A stretch of DNA of 64,000 bases from Planctomycetota bacterium. Lineage in GTDB: Bacteria > Planctomycetota > UBA1135 > UBA2386. Position 1 is the first letter of the stretch. Each line of letters starts with the position of its first letter. Below the pieces are notes generated by a model. It did no database searches. It saw only the letters and a program-made list of their open reading frames with translations, and had not been told where the DNA came from. This document shows, piece after piece, positions 18,244 to 29,346 of the stretch. A program made the position numbers and the translations under genes. The stretch spans positions 1,472,001-1,536,000 of the forward strand of contig OZ245838.1 of NCBI GenBank assembly GCA_965228735.1, in the 5' to 3' direction.

Positions 18244-19197
18244 ATGCCAGAACCCGACGCCACCCGCTCAGCCGCGGCCGCGCGCTCCACGTTCCGCCGC
18301 GCCATCGCCGCGCTGTTCCTGGCGCTCGTGCCGGCCTGCGCGGGCGGTCCCGGCCGCGGTGCGCTCGTGTTCTTCTCGGATCGCAGCGGTGACGGTGACG
18401 TCTTCGCGGCCCCGTACGTCGGTTCACCGCTCGTGCCGGTCGCGCGCACGGCGGCGAAGGAAGGCGGCCCGCGCTACCACGCGCATCGCCGGCGCATCGT
18501 GCATCAGGAGTTCGACGACAACAACGGTGTTCATCTGATGCACGGCCCGGCCCGGCTCGTATCGGTGAACTGCGAGGCCGCGCCCGTCTGGTCGCCGACG
18601 AACGATCGCTACGTCTACTACCAGTCCGTGGGCGGCCAGGAGGACCTCTTCCTCGGCGACCTCGCGACGGGCGACAAGGACGTCCCGCTGACGACCGGCG
18701 CGCCGAAGGATCGCTACCCGGCGTACTCGCCCGACGGCTCGAGCATCGTCTTCGCGCGCGAGACCGACGAGGGCACCGACCTCTACCGGATGACGCCGTT
18801 GCCGACGCAGGAGCCCGAACGGCTCACGACCATCGGCCGATACTGCGGGCACCCGTCGTACTCACCCGACGGCCGCCGGATCGCGTTCGAGATGATGGTC
18901 GGCAAGCAGACCGACATCGCGGTGCTCGATCTGAAGACGAAGCGCGTGACGATCGTCGTCGCCCGCCCGGGCAACGACATCGCGCCGACGTGGTCGCTCG
19001 ACGGCAAGTGGATCGCGTTCGGCGGGGTGCACCCGGCGACCGACAACTGGGACGTGTGGGAGATCGAGCTCGAGACCGGGACGCTGCACCGCGTCACGAC
19101 GAGCCCGGCATTCGACGGCGCGCCAGTCTATGCACCGACGAACATCGTGCCTGACCCCGAGCGGGCCGCAGCCGCCGCCCTCGGCCTCAACGACTGA
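18244..19197 (+). CDS. TolB-like PD40-repeat beta-propeller lipoprotein
   Basis: Lipobox-like LVPAC; FFSDRSG, PAYSPDG, PSYSPDGRRIAF, PTWSLDGKWIAF. Start is ATG 18244 or 18235. Confidence 0.88.
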   Translation: MPEPDATRSAAAARSTFRRAIAALFLALVPACAGGPGRGALVFFSDRSGDGDVFAAPYVGSPLVPVARTAAKEGGPRYHAHRRRIVHQEFDDNNGVHLMHGPARLVSVNCEAAPVWSPTNDRYVYYQSVGGQEDLFLGDLATGDKDVPLTTGAPKDRYPAYSPDGSSIVFARETDEGTDLYRMTPLPTQEPERLTTIGRYCGHPSYSPDGRRIAFEMMVGKQTDIAVLDLKTKRVTIVVARPGNDIAPTWSLDGKWIAFGGVHPATDNWDVWEIELETGTLHRVTTSPAFDGAPVYAPTNIVPDPERAAAAALGLND

Positions 19198-19200
19198 ACC

Positions 19201-20442
19201 ATGCTGGCACTCTCGATCACGCGCCGGCCATGGCCATGGGTGCTGCCGGCGGCGCTCTGGACGACCCTCGCGTGCGCGCCGGCCCAGCGCGAGCTGCCGT
19301 GGCACGACGATGCCGATCACCCCGCGAATCGCGTGTTCCACGCCGCCTACGTGGTGGAGGTCGTGCCGCGGTTCGTCGGCGCGGCGCTGCCGGGTGAGCA
19401 CGGCGACGACGCCGACTTCTTCGTGTCCCGGTGGTACTTCCGTCAGCGCCCCGGCAACGAGGGCGACCAGGCGATCCACGGCGGCGATCGTCGCCAGCTG
19501 CCGCGCGAGCGCTTCGCGGCGAGGACGAGCATCCAGGTGCAGGAGGCGTTGCGCGCGCTCGATGGCGCGGTGCTCACCGAGTTGCGCTCGCGACCGCGGA
19601 CCGCGATCTACCTGCAGCACGACCTGCTCCGCCTCGCGCGGCGGCTCGTCGACACGAAGGCCAACCCCGAACTGCTCGCGCCGCTGCTCGCCGCCGCCGA
19701 GCGCCTCGCGCTGCCTGCGGACACGTTGCTGCGACCCGACCTGAGGACGTTCGACCGCGCGGCCCTCGCTCCCGCCCTGCACGGCGTCGATGCCGCGCGC
19801 TTCCTCGAACTCGACCGCAAGTCGACCCGCCTGTTCGACGCGTCCCGCACCCAGCTCTGGTCCCGCGTCTGGCTCGCGACGCCCGCGACGACCGACCCGA
19901 CGGCGGCGAAGCTCGTCGCCCAGGCAGCCGACCCCGACCGCGAAGCTCCGCTCGAGGTCCCGATCGGCACCCAGGCGATCCTCGCGCAGGGCATCGTCGC
20001 CCTCGACGACACCGGCCAGCCACGCGCGACCGGCCTGGTGATCGACGTGCGCACGCAGCGACTCAGCAACCGCGACCCGCTCGGTCGCGGGAACCCGACG
20101 ACGACGCGCGACGGCGTCGACCTGCGGCAGTGGTTCTTGTCACGCGAAACGGTCGCGCGGGCCGAGGCTGCGACCGAGCCGAAGGGGATCACGTTCGACG
20201 ACTTCGACGAGATCCCGATGACGGCCGCCGCGCTGTTCCGCGACTACGGCACCCTGAAGCACACGACCTACTTCGCGCAGTGCGCGCTGTGCCACCGCCA
20301 GACGGATACGCCGGGCGCCGAGCTCGGCGGCTTCCTCGTGCTGCGCCAGAACGCGAAGCCGCGACCCGCTGGCCCGAGCGCACGCGAGCGCCTGGCGGAA
20401 GGGCAACTGGCCGAGTTCGTCGGCGCGCTGCGGTCCCGGTAG
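19201..20442 (+). CDS. Hypothetical lipoprotein with a single CxxCH motif
   Basis: Lipobox TTLAC; QCALCH near the C-terminus; starts 3 bp after the preceding gene. Confidence 0.7.
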   Translation: MLALSITRRPWPWVLPAALWTTLACAPAQRELPWHDDADHPANRVFHAAYVVEVVPRFVGAALPGEHGDDADFFVSRWYFRQRPGNEGDQAIHGGDRRQLPRERFAARTSIQVQEALRALDGAVLTELRSRPRTAIYLQHDLLRLARRLVDTKANPELLAPLLAAAERLALPADTLLRPDLRTFDRAALAPALHGVDAARFLELDRKSTRLFDASRTQLWSRVWLATPATTDPTAAKLVAQAADPDREAPLEVPIGTQAILAQGIVALDDTGQPRATGLVIDVRTQRLSNRDPLGRGNPTTTRDGVDLRQWFLSRETVARAEAATEPKGITFDDFDEIPMTAAALFRDYGTLKHTTYFAQCALCHRQTDTPGAELGGFLVLRQNAKPRPAGPSARERLAEGQLAEFVGALRSR

Positions 20443-21561
20443 CTAGTGGAGTTGTCCGGCCACGAACCGCCGGCCGAGGTTGAGGAGGCCCGACGCCGCG
20501 AAGTGCAACCCATCGGGCAACAGCTCGAGCGTGCTCGTCTCGACCGTGTCGCTCCGGGCCAGCAGCCCCGCGACCGTCGTCTGCGCGGCGCGGACGAGCG
20601 GCGCGCCGACGAATCCGAGCCGCACGAGGTGTCGATTCACGAGTCCCAGCCGGAGCCACGGCAGCTCGGCGTCCGCGAGACCGAGCTCGCGCAGATCGGA
20701 CCGCAACTGGGTCAGGAGGTGTTCGAGGTGGCTGCCGTAGTCGTGAGCGAGCGGCAACGCCGCGGCATCCGACTCACCCTGCATCATCGCGATCAGGCGA
20801 ACCCGCGGGGCGTATTCGAGCCGCCGGAGCTCGTCCGCCGCGCGCGCGAGACGGGCGAGCAGTTCGGTATAGAGCTCACCCGCCGGCGCGCCCCACTCGC
20901 TGAACGGTCCGGGGCTCGGGCCGAGCGTCGACGGGGAACGCGCGGCCTTGACGAGCCAGAGCGGTCGCGGCCGACCGGCCGCGGCGAGCGCCATGCCGAT
21001 CTCCGCGCCGAAGAACGGCGCGTTCATGACCATGCTCGTGTTGTGGCCGGCCTCGACCGCCTGGAACGCGCCCGCCGCATCGTGCCAGATGCGCAGGCCC
21101 GGATGCGCACCACGCAACCCTGGCGGCAGGGACTCGACGGGCGCCCAGCCCTCGCAGTTGCTCTGCCCGAAGAACACGACCAGGTCGGCCTCGTCGCCAG
21201 GATGTGGCACGACGCCCCGTTCGACGGGCCCGACCGTCACGCTGCCCGGCAACTGCAGCGGGACCCCGGGCGAGTGGATCACGATCTGCGCGAGGAACTC
21301 GAGGCCCGCGGTCGTGCCCGCGGGATACGGCACCCGCACGAGCGCGTTGCCGAATTCGTCGGCCCGCACGCTCTCGGCCTGACTGATCGGCACGATGCCC
21401 AGCTCCGCCCCGCCCGGGATCGGCTCGCGCCCCGCTTTCAAGCCGAGAGCCATGCCGACCAGGGCGCCGGTCGGCAGGCCGCTCACGCGAACTTCGGTTG
21501 CATCGGGCAGGACGATCAGCGCCACCCGCGTAGAAACGCGCGAGACCCGTTCCCGTTGCAA
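20443..21561 (-). CDS. SASA-domain (sialate O-acetylesterase-like, SGNH) carbohydrate esterase
   Basis: GQSN, QGESD and DGLH motifs. Start uncertain. Confidence 0.85.
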   Translation of the reverse strand: MQRERVSRVSTRVALIVLPDATEVRVSGLPTGALVGMALGLKAGREPIPGGAELGIVPISQAESVRADEFGNALVRVPYPAGTTAGLEFLAQIVIHSPGVPLQLPGSVTVGPVERGVVPHPGDEADLVVFFGQSNCEGWAPVESLPPGLRGAHPGLRIWHDAAGAFQAVEAGHNTSMVMNAPFFGAEIGMALAAAGRPRPLWLVKAARSPSTLGPSPGPFSEWGAPAGELYTELLARLARAADELRRLEYAPRVRLIAMMQGESDAAALPLAHDYGSHLEHLLTQLRSDLRELGLADAELPWLRLGLVNRHLVRLGFVGAPLVRAAQTTVAGLLARSDTVETSTLELLPDGLHFAASGLLNLGRRFVAGQLH

Positions 21562-21630
21562 GGAATCGCCGCCACTTGCCCCCCCGGCACCGTGAACCGC
21601 GTACCGTACGCTGCGTACCGGACGCTGGGG

Positions 21631-22002
21631 TCAGCGCGATAGCGGCGCGACGTCCCTGAGTATCGTGAGGGCCTCGTCGGCGTTCTCGACCGGCACGAGC
21701 ACGTGATCGTGGCTGGCTCCCGCGATCACGTTGCACGCGATGCCGGCCGCGGCGAGCGCGGGCGCGAAGCGGGCCGTGATGCCGACCGTGTCGAGCCCGG
21801 TGAGCAGGTCGAGTTCGATCCAGGCTGCGACGAAGAGGATTCGCAGCCGCCGCTCCTGGGCCTGCGCGAGCGGCACGACGGCCGTCAACGCCTCACGCTC
21901 GCGCACGGTAGCGTGCACGTCGAGCCCATCGAGTTCGGCGACGCTCGGCACCGTCACGAACGCGAAGTCACCGGGCCGGCGCAGCGGCTCGAGCCAGCTC
22001 AC
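21631..22002 (-). CDS. ACT-domain protein (DUF2241-like)
   Basis: [42 protein letters not shown]. Confidence 0.85.
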   Translation of the reverse strand: MSWLEPLRRPGDFAFVTVPSVAELDGLDVHATVREREALTAVVPLAQAQERRLRILFVAAWIELDLLTGLDTVGITARFAPALAAAGIACNVIAGASHDHVLVPVENADEALTILRDVAPLSR

Positions 22003-23954
22003 TTGCCGTTCTCGGTCGCTGCCTTGTGACCCGCGACGATCTGTTCGACGACCGCCGGCTCGGCCAACGTCGTGATGTCACCGAGGTCCTCGTAGTTGCC
22101 TTCGGCCACCTTGCGCAGGATGCGACGCATGATCTTGCCGCTGCGGGTCTTCGGCAGCCCCGACACGACCTGCACGCGGTCGGGCGTCGCGATCGCACCG
22201 ATCACGCTGCGCACCTGAGCCGTGAGTTCCTTGGCGATCGTCGCCGCGTCGACGTCCGCCGCCGCCTGCCCCGGGATCACGTAGCAGTAGATGCCCTGCC
22301 CCTTGACCTCGTGCGGGCAACCGACGACCGCGGCCTCGGCGCAGTAGCCGTGCGCAACGAGCGCGCTCTCGACCTCGGCCGTGCCGAGGCGGTGGCCCGA
22401 CACGTTCAACACGTCGTCGACGCGACCCGTGATCCAGTAGTAGCCGTCCTCGTCGCGGCGACAGCCGTCGCCCGTGAAGTACTTCCCCGGATAGGTCGAG
22501 AAGTAGACCTGTTGGAACCGCTCGTGATCGTTGTAGATCGTGCGCGCCTGGCCCGGCCAGCTGCCCTGCAGACAGAGGTTGCCGGACACGCCGTTGCCCG
22601 TGAGTTCGTTGCCGTTCTCGTCGACGAGCACGGGGCGAACGCCCGGCAGCGGCAGCGTCGCCGAACCCGGTTTGCAGGGCGTGGCGCCCGGCAGCGGCGC
22701 GATCAGGATGCCGCCCGTCTCGGTCTGCCACCACGTGTCGACGACGGAGCACCGGCCCTCGCCCACGACGTCGTGATACCACTGCCAGACCTCGGGGTTG
22801 ATCGGCTCACCCACCGACCCGAGAACGCGCAGGCTCTCGCGGCCGTACTTGCGGACCGGCTCGTCACCGAAGCGGATCAGCGCGCGCAGCGCCGTCGGCG
22901 CGGTGTAGAGGATCGACGCCTGCACATCGTCGACCACCTGCCAGTAGCGGCTCGCGTCGGGATAGACCGGCGTCGACTCGAACATCACGGTCGTCGCGCC
23001 GTTGCACAGCGGGCCATAGATGATGTAGCTGTGACCCGTGATCCAACCGACGTCCGCGGCGCAGAAGTGCACGTCCCCGCGATGCCAGTCGAACACGAGC
23101 TCGTGCGTGTAGGACACGTAGACGAGATAGCCGCCCGTCGTGTGCAGCTGCCCCTTGGGCCGGCCCGTCGAGCCGGACGTGTAGAGCACGAACAACGGGT
23201 CCTCGCTGTCCATCCACTCGACGGGGCAGTAGGCGCGCTGCTGCGCCATTGCTTCCTGCATGTCGTGGTCGCGCCCCGCCTTCATCGGCACGACGGTCTC
23301 CGTGCGCCGCGCGACGATCACGGACCGGACGGGCAGGCCCTCGACCGCGTCGTCGACCGTCTGCTTGAGCGGGATGACCTTGCCGCCGCGCAGGCCCTCG
23401 TTCGCCGTGAGCACGACGCGGCAGTCCGCGTCGACGATCCGGTCGCGCAACGACCCGGCCGAGAAGCCGGCGAACACGACGGAGTGGATCGCGCCGATGC
23501 GCGCACACGCGAGCATCGCGTACGCGGCCTCCGGAATCATCGGCAGGTAGATGCAGACGCGGTCGCCCTTCTGCACGCCGTGCGCGCGGAGCACGTTCGC
23601 CAGCCGGCCGACGTTCTCGTGCAGCTCGTGAAAGCTGATGTGCCGGTACTCGCCGGGCTCGTCCGCGACCCAGACCAGCGCCGTCTGCTCCGCGCGATCG
23701 GCGAGCCACCGATCGACGCAGTTGTAGGCCGCATTGAGCTTGCCGCCGAGATACCACGCGACCTCGGCGCTACCGAAGTCCTGCCGACACGTGCGCTCGA
23801 ACGGGTGGAACCACGACAGCCGGGTCGCGCGCTCACGCCAGAAGCCGCGCGGATCGTGGATCGACGCCGCGTAGATCTGCTGGTACTGCTCGAGCGACGC
23901 GACGTGCGCGCGCCGGGTCAGCTGCGACTTGGGAGGGAACATCGAATCGGCCAT
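21999..23954 (-). CDS. acs: Acetyl-CoA synthetase (acetate--CoA ligase)
   Basis: [50 protein letters not shown]. Confidence 0.97.
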   Translation of the reverse strand: MADSMFPPKSQLTRRAHVASLEQYQQIYAASIHDPRGFWRERATRLSWFHPFERTCRQDFGSAEVAWYLGGKLNAAYNCVDRWLADRAEQTALVWVADEPGEYRHISFHELHENVGRLANVLRAHGVQKGDRVCIYLPMIPEAAYAMLACARIGAIHSVVFAGFSAGSLRDRIVDADCRVVLTANEGLRGGKVIPLKQTVDDAVEGLPVRSVIVARRTETVVPMKAGRDHDMQEAMAQQRAYCPVEWMDSEDPLFVLYTSGSTGRPKGQLHTTGGYLVYVSYTHELVFDWHRGDVHFCAADVGWITGHSYIIYGPLCNGATTVMFESTPVYPDASRYWQVVDDVQASILYTAPTALRALIRFGDEPVRKYGRESLRVLGSVGEPINPEVWQWYHDVVGEGRCSVVDTWWQTETGGILIAPLPGATPCKPGSATLPLPGVRPVLVDENGNELTGNGVSGNLCLQGSWPGQARTIYNDHERFQQVYFSTYPGKYFTGDGCRRDEDGYYWITGRVDDVLNVSGHRLGTAEVESALVAHGYCAEAAVVGCPHEVKGQGIYCYVIPGQAAADVDAATIAKELTAQVRSVIGAIATPDRVQVVSGLPKTRSGKIMRRILRKVAEGNYEDLGDITTLAEPAVVEQIVAGHKAATENGK

Positions 23955-23961
23955 CGTGGTC

Positions 23962-25470
23962 TCAGAGCGTGCGAACCCAGTCGATCAGCGTGCGGACCGC
24001 GGTGCCGGTCGCGCCGTTCTTGTAATAGTCCTTCGGCAGCGCGTTGTAGGCCGCGCCCGCGATGTCGAGGTGCGCCCACGGCGTATCGCCAGCGAAGAAC
24101 GACAGGAACGCGCCACCCGCCGTGGAACCGTTGCCGTATTGCGGGCCGTTGAGGTTGGCGACGTCGGCGAACTTGCTGCGAATCTGATCGCGGTGACACT
24201 CCCACAGCGGCAGCTGCCACAGCGGCTCGTCCGTGCGCTTGCCGGCCGCGATCAGGTCGTCGATGAGCTTCTGGTCGTTGCCCATGATGCCGGCCATCTC
24301 GTGCCCGAGCGCGACGACGACCGCGCCAGTGAGCGTCGCGAGGTCGACGATCTTGTCCGGGTCGTAGAACTTCTTCGCGTAGCAGATCGCGTCCGCGAGC
24401 ACGAGCCGCCCTTCGGCGTCCGTGTTGAGGATCTCGATCGTCTGCCCATCCATCGCGCGCACGACGTCACCCGGCTTCTGCGCCTTGCCGCCGGGCATGT
24501 TCTCCGTCGCGGCGACCAGGCCGATGATGTTGGCCTTGGGCTTCTTGCTGCCGAGCGCGCCGTTCTTCAGCGCGTGGAACAGCCCCATGACGGCACCCGC
24601 GCCACACATGTCGTAGCGCATCTCGTCCATCTTGCCCGCCGGCTTGATGCTGATGCCGCCCGTGTCGAACGTGATGCCCTTGCCCACCACGCAGACGTTC
24701 TTCTTCGCGCCGGGGACCTTGTACTCCATGACGATGAACTTCGGCGGCTCGTCGCTGCCGGCCGCGACACCGAGCAACGCGTTCATGCCGAGTTTCTTCA
24801 TGCCCGCCTTGTCGAGGACCTTGGTCTTGAGGCGACCACCCGCGAACGAACGAGCGTGCGAGGCGAACTTGCTGGGCGTGAGCAGGTTGGCGGGCTGGTT
24901 CTCGATGTCGCGCGCGAACGCCGCAGCCTCCGCATCGATGACGCCGATCCCGAGGCCTTGCGCGAACGCCTTGCCCGCCCGGCCGGTCGCCATGACGGTG
25001 ACCCTGGCGCCGGCGGGTTTCTTCGGCTTCGGCTTCTCCTTGCGCGGCGGATCGTAGCGATAGCCGCCGAGCACGAGGCCCTCGGCGATCGCGCGGCCCG
25101 CGGCCTCGGCGTCGACGTCGCCGAGCCCGCCCTTGGCGATCACGAGCGCGAACTCGCGCACAGAGGCGCCGGCCGCCATCGCCTCGGCGAGCGCGGCCGC
25201 GCGGCGCAGCCGGTTGGCGTCGACGTCCTTCTTCTTGCCGAGCCCGACGACGCCGACGCGCTTCACCTTGCCCGGCCCACCCTTGCCGGCATTGGCCTGG
25301 TGGAACAGCGACTTGCCGCGGAACTTCAACGCGAGATCCCCCGTGGCCTTCGCCGCGTCGAGCGCCGCCGCTAGCGCGGGGCCCGCGTCGATGCCTGCAC
25401 CTTCGGGAGCGAGAACGATGACGAGATCGCCGCGGGACGCTGCCGCGACGGAGCTGTGCCGAATCTTCAT
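23962..25470 (-). CDS. pepA: Leucyl aminopeptidase (M17)
   Basis: [42 protein letters not shown]. Confidence 0.96.
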   Translation of the reverse strand: MKIRHSSVAAASRGDLVIVLAPEGAGIDAGPALAAALDAAKATGDLALKFRGKSLFHQANAGKGGPGKVKRVGVVGLGKKKDVDANRLRRAAALAEAMAAGASVREFALVIAKGGLGDVDAEAAGRAIAEGLVLGGYRYDPPRKEKPKPKKPAGARVTVMATGRAGKAFAQGLGIGVIDAEAAAFARDIENQPANLLTPSKFASHARSFAGGRLKTKVLDKAGMKKLGMNALLGVAAGSDEPPKFIVMEYKVPGAKKNVCVVGKGITFDTGGISIKPAGKMDEMRYDMCGAGAVMGLFHALKNGALGSKKPKANIIGLVAATENMPGGKAQKPGDVVRAMDGQTIEILNTDAEGRLVLADAICYAKKFYDPDKIVDLATLTGAVVVALGHEMAGIMGNDQKLIDDLIAAGKRTDEPLWQLPLWECHRDQIRSKFADVANLNGPQYGNGSTAGGAFLSFFAGDTPWAHLDIAGAAYNALPKDYYKNGATGTAVRTLIDWVRTL

Positions 25471-25518
25471 CTGCCGTCCTTGTAGCCGCGATGCCGTCGA
25501 GGCTCCACGGCAGATTGG

Positions 25519-25914
25519 CTAACGATCCCAGCTCGCGTTCTGCAGCACGACGCGCCAGCCATCGAGGTCTTCGAACGTGCGCCCGCGCTCGTCCCAGTAC
25601 GGATTGGTCGCCGTGACGGGCCGGAAACCGGCACTCGTCATCGCCTCGCACCGAGCACCGAACTCGCCCGCATCCGGCACGTAGAACACGAGCAGGCATT
25701 CGGTGCTGGGCGGCGGCCCGGCGGGGTGACCGCGCTGCGTCGTGAACTCGAGATGGTAGCTCGCCCCCGGGTGACCCAGCATCACGCCGTCGAAGCCCCG
25801 GTGATCCTCGAAGCGCCCGAGCTCGACGCAGCCGAGCCCCCGCACGTACATCGTCGCGATCGGGTCGAGATGGTCGGTCGGGCGCGCGACGCGCAACTTG
25901 GGTTCCGGCGGCAT
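25519..25914 (-). CDS. VOC/glyoxalase family protein (YycE-like)
   Basis: LRVARPTDHL, FEDHRGFDGVMLG, YHLEFT, NPYWDERGRTFEDLDGWRVVL. Confidence 0.88.
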   Translation of the reverse strand: MPPEPKLRVARPTDHLDPIATMYVRGLGCVELGRFEDHRGFDGVMLGHPGASYHLEFTTQRGHPAGPPPSTECLLVFYVPDAGEFGARCEAMTSAGFRPVTATNPYWDERGRTFEDLDGWRVVLQNASWDR

Positions 25915-25946
25915 CGCACCACTGTAGGCCCGCGCACTGCACTTCG

Positions 25947-27728
25947 TCAGCGGAGCTTGCCGAGCCGCATGAACAGGTCGCGCGCCTGCTGCCGGACCAC
26001 CTCGACGCTGCCGTTCGACATCAGCCACTGCGCCGTCGAGCCCGCCCGGTCGCGCGCTGCCAGCGCCGCCGGCCGATTGCCCGCGCGCCCCTCCAGGGCA
26101 GCGAGCTGCAGGAGCTGCATCGCGAGCTGCAGGCGGGCCTTCTCGTAGCCCGGGCGCGCCGCGACCGCGCGCTCCAGCGCGTTCACGGATTCGCGCACGT
26201 CCGCGAGCAGCGGCTGACCCGCACGCACGGCGAACACCCCGGCGAGGTTGAACCACGAGGTCGCCGAGTCCGGCCGCAACTCGACGGCATCGCGGAGATG
26301 GCGTTCCGCCGCGCCCCACTCCCGGCGCTCGAGATGGATCGTACCGATCGTGTTGTGCGCCAGGCTGCGACCCTCGTCGTCGTCATAGAGTTCGAGCGCG
26401 CGCTGGAGCTCGGCCATCGCGGGTTCGAGCTCGCCGCGCCGCCGCAACTCGAGCCCGAGCTGGTAGACGGGCAGGCCGGCGCCGGGGGCCCGCGCCACGG
26501 TATCGCGCCAGAACGCGAGACGGTCCGCGTAGATCGTCGACCGCGACATCGCCTGCACGAGGAAGGCGAGCACGAGCCCAGAGACGCCGACCGCGACCGG
26601 GCGCCAACCGAACCGCTTCGCGAGAGCGACCGCGCCCTGGCCAGCGACGAGGGCGACGGCGACCGACGGGACGTAGAGGTAGCGTTCGGCGACCGGCTGC
26701 TCCGACGCCTTGAACAGCACGAGCGCGAGCGCCGGCGCGAGCGCGACGGCAGCCCACGTCCAGGCGATCCGCAGGCCCGGCAGGTTCGCGGCACGCCACG
26801 ACAGCCAACCGGTCAGCGCACAGAACGCCGCCGCGAGCATGCCGAACCCGATCCCCGGCAACTGGTCGATCGGCACGAACGCGGACTGCGGCCACGGCAG
26901 CAGCAGCATGTGCACGTCGTAGGCCAACGCCCGCAGCAGACGGGCGACGGCGTCGAGGAACGACTGCTCCAGGAGCCCGACCGCGGCTGGCGCCGCGGCG
27001 GCGCGCAACGCGAAGTACGGCGCGAGCCCCACGCCGACACTCGTGATCAGCCGCAGCCAGGTCGCCCGCCCCGCAGCGCCGCCCGGGCCCCGCCACACGA
27101 GCAGCGCCAACGGCACCACGACGACGAGCGCGACCTCCTTGCTGCCCGCGCCGAAGAACAGCGCAACCGCCGCGACGATCCACCAGCTCCAGCCGTCGCG
27201 CTGCCGCGCCTGCATCACGGCCAACATCGCCCCGAGCATGCCGACGAGAGCCATCGAGTCGCATCGCCCCGTGATCTGCGCGACGGTATCGACGTGCACC
27301 GGATGCACGGCGAACACGAGCGCGGCGATCCCGCCGGCGAACGCACCTCCCAGCAGCCGCGATGCCACGAGCGCGAGCAGAACCGTCGCGAGGACGTGGA
27401 ACGCGATCGTCGTGACATGGGGCCCGACGAACGCGGCCTCGCCGTAGACCGCGACGTCGAACATGTACGACAGCGTCACGAACGGCCGGTAGTAGTGCTG
27501 CCCGAGCTCGCCGGTGCCGGGCGGCGGCACGAACGCGTCACCGATCGATCCGAACGCCGGCAGGTAGCGCTCGAACACGATCACATCGTCCCAGATCGGC
27601 GGTCCCCCGAGTGCCGGCGAGCACGCGACCGCTGCCAGGATCGCCGCGGCGATCACGAGCCCGTGCCGGCGCCGCCGGGACGCGGTCGGTTGCGGCTCGG
27701 CAGGGCACCGATGGTCGTGGCCGGGCAT
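25947..27728 (-). CDS. TMTC-like polytopic membrane protein (GT-C glycosyltransferase-like) with C-terminal TPRs
   Basis: WDD, YYRP, FAVHPVHVDTV...GR, SKE, AERYLYVPS; TPRs after the last TM. Confidence 0.85.
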   Translation of the reverse strand: MPGHDHRCPAEPQPTASRRRRHGLVIAAAILAAVACSPALGGPPIWDDVIVFERYLPAFGSIGDAFVPPPGTGELGQHYYRPFVTLSYMFDVAVYGEAAFVGPHVTTIAFHVLATVLLALVASRLLGGAFAGGIAALVFAVHPVHVDTVAQITGRCDSMALVGMLGAMLAVMQARQRDGWSWWIVAAVALFFGAGSKEVALVVVVPLALLVWRGPGGAAGRATWLRLITSVGVGLAPYFALRAAAAPAAVGLLEQSFLDAVARLLRALAYDVHMLLLPWPQSAFVPIDQLPGIGFGMLAAAFCALTGWLSWRAANLPGLRIAWTWAAVALAPALALVLFKASEQPVAERYLYVPSVAVALVAGQGAVALAKRFGWRPVAVGVSGLVLAFLVQAMSRSTIYADRLAFWRDTVARAPGAGLPVYQLGLELRRRGELEPAMAELQRALELYDDDEGRSLAHNTIGTIHLERREWGAAERHLRDAVELRPDSATSWFNLAGVFAVRAGQPLLADVRESVNALERAVAARPGYEKARLQLAMQLLQLAALEGRAGNRPAALAARDRAGSTAQWLMSNGSVEVVRQQARDLFMRLGKLR

Positions 27729-27740
27729 GGGCGCGCCATC

Positions 27741-27783
27741 CTAGAGGCCCGGTTTGCTAGAGGCCCGGTACTAGAGGCCCGGT
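27741..27783. repeat. Three copies of 13-bp CTAGAGGCCCGGT
   Basis: Copies start at 27741, 27757 and 27771. Confidence 0.9.
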
Positions 27784-27958
27784 ATTCGGGTCGCCGCGAC
27801 TTGCTGCCACCCCTGGGCAGTTGCCGGAAAGTCCGATGGGAACGTGGGTTGCCTGCACGGTCGACCGTTACACATTTCAGACAGCCCCTTGCGGGCCCGG
27901 CAGCGCCCGGGCGAAACTACCAACCGCGCCTGCCCGGCCGTGACAGACTCCCCTGACC

Positions 27959-28000
27959 AACCGCGGTCACTACCGCGGTAACCGCGTTCACTACCGCGGC
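27959..28000. repeat. Two tandem 21-bp copies of AACCGCG[G/T]TCACTACCGCGG[T/C]
   Basis: 27959-27979 and 27980-28000, two mismatches. Confidence 0.85.
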
Positions 28001-28010
28001 TCAGCACCCG

Positions 28011-29321
28011 ATGTTCCAACCCAATCCCCGGGCCGCCGCGCCCGCCTCTACCCTCGCGTTCCTCGCAGCCCTCGTCGGCGTGACGGCCAACGCGCAGAGC
28101 CAGCCCACGCCACAACGCTGCGGACTCGTGCACGCCGCGACGCCGACCGGCATCGGCGTCGACAGCCCGGACTGCAACTACAACACGACGAATCCGAGCG
28201 CCCAGTACGCGCCGACGACGCTGCTGCGCATCCCCGTCGTCGTGCACGTCGTGTCCCGCACGTCGGGCCAGGGCAACCTGAGCAACAGCGTCGTCCAGAG
28301 TCAGATCGACGTGCTCAACGAGGACTTCCGCGCGCTGCCGAACTCGCCGGGGAGCAACGGCGTCGACAGCAAGCTCGAGTTCTTCCTCGCGACGACCGAT
28401 CCGCAGGGCCAACCGACGAACGGCATCGTGCGCCACGTCAACAACACGTGGTTCAACGACAGCGGCAACTACTGGAACTCGACGGCCTGGGACACGACGC
28501 GGTACCTCAACATCTACACCAACAACACGGGCGCGCTCGGCTACGTGCCGGACCTGCCGCAGGGCGGCGGCGTGCTCAACACGACGGCCGATCGCGTGGT
28601 CGTGAACTACGAAGCGTTCGGCAGCCCGGCGATCCGCAACTGGTCCTATGACGCCGGCCGCACCGCGACGCACGAGGTCGGTCACTACCTCGGATTGTTC
28701 CACACGTTCAACGGCGGCTGCGCGGGCGGCAACTGCTACTCGAGCGGGGATCGCATCTGCGACACGGCGAACGAGTCGCAGCCGCGCTACGGCTGCCCGG
28801 TCGGCATCCAGAGCTGCGGCTCGACCGACCCGGTGCGCAACTACATGGACTACACCGACGATGCGTGCATGCAGGGCTTCACGCAGGAACAGGTCCGACG
28901 CATGCGCTGCACGCTCGGGTTCTACCGCCCCAACCTCGCCATGCCGGCCGGCCCGCTCGCCAGTGCGACCGTGCGCCCGGGCACCGGCAACCTGAATGCG
29001 GCGTACACCACTACCGCGCCGGTGCTCGGTCAGGACTCGATCCTGTCGATCATCACGCTCGGCACCGGCTTCTCGGCATCGGCGGTCTACGGCTTCCTCG
29101 GCACGGGCAGCTCGACGTTCAACGGCTACGAGATCCTCGTCGACCCGGCGTCCCCGCAGATCCTGTCGACGACGCTCGTCTTCAGCAACATCGCGGCGCA
29201 GTGGAACTTCAGCGTGCCGAACGCCCAGGCCCTCGCCGGCCTGCCGATCTACACGCAAGGCGCGGTGTTCGGCTCGACGGTCGGGTTCACCAACGCCGTC
29301 GACATGGTCCTGGGCAACTGA
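28011..29321 (+). CDS. Secreted M43 (pappalysin/ulilysin-like) zinc metalloprotease with the shared C-terminal domain
   Basis: Signal peptide, IPVVVHV, QIDVLNEDF, HEVGHYLGLFH, Met-turn NYMDYTDD. Confidence 0.93.
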   Translation: MFQPNPRAAAPASTLAFLAALVGVTANAQSQPTPQRCGLVHAATPTGIGVDSPDCNYNTTNPSAQYAPTTLLRIPVVVHVVSRTSGQGNLSNSVVQSQIDVLNEDFRALPNSPGSNGVDSKLEFFLATTDPQGQPTNGIVRHVNNTWFNDSGNYWNSTAWDTTRYLNIYTNNTGALGYVPDLPQGGGVLNTTADRVVVNYEAFGSPAIRNWSYDAGRTATHEVGHYLGLFHTFNGGCAGGNCYSSGDRICDTANESQPRYGCPVGIQSCGSTDPVRNYMDYTDDACMQGFTQEQVRRMRCTLGFYRPNLAMPAGPLASATVRPGTGNLNAAYTTTAPVLGQDSILSIITLGTGFSASAVYGFLGTGSSTFNGYEILVDPASPQILSTTLVFSNIAAQWNFSVPNAQALAGLPIYTQGAVFGSTVGFTNAVDMVLGN

Positions 29322-29346
29322 TGGTACTGGGCCACTGACGCGACGG

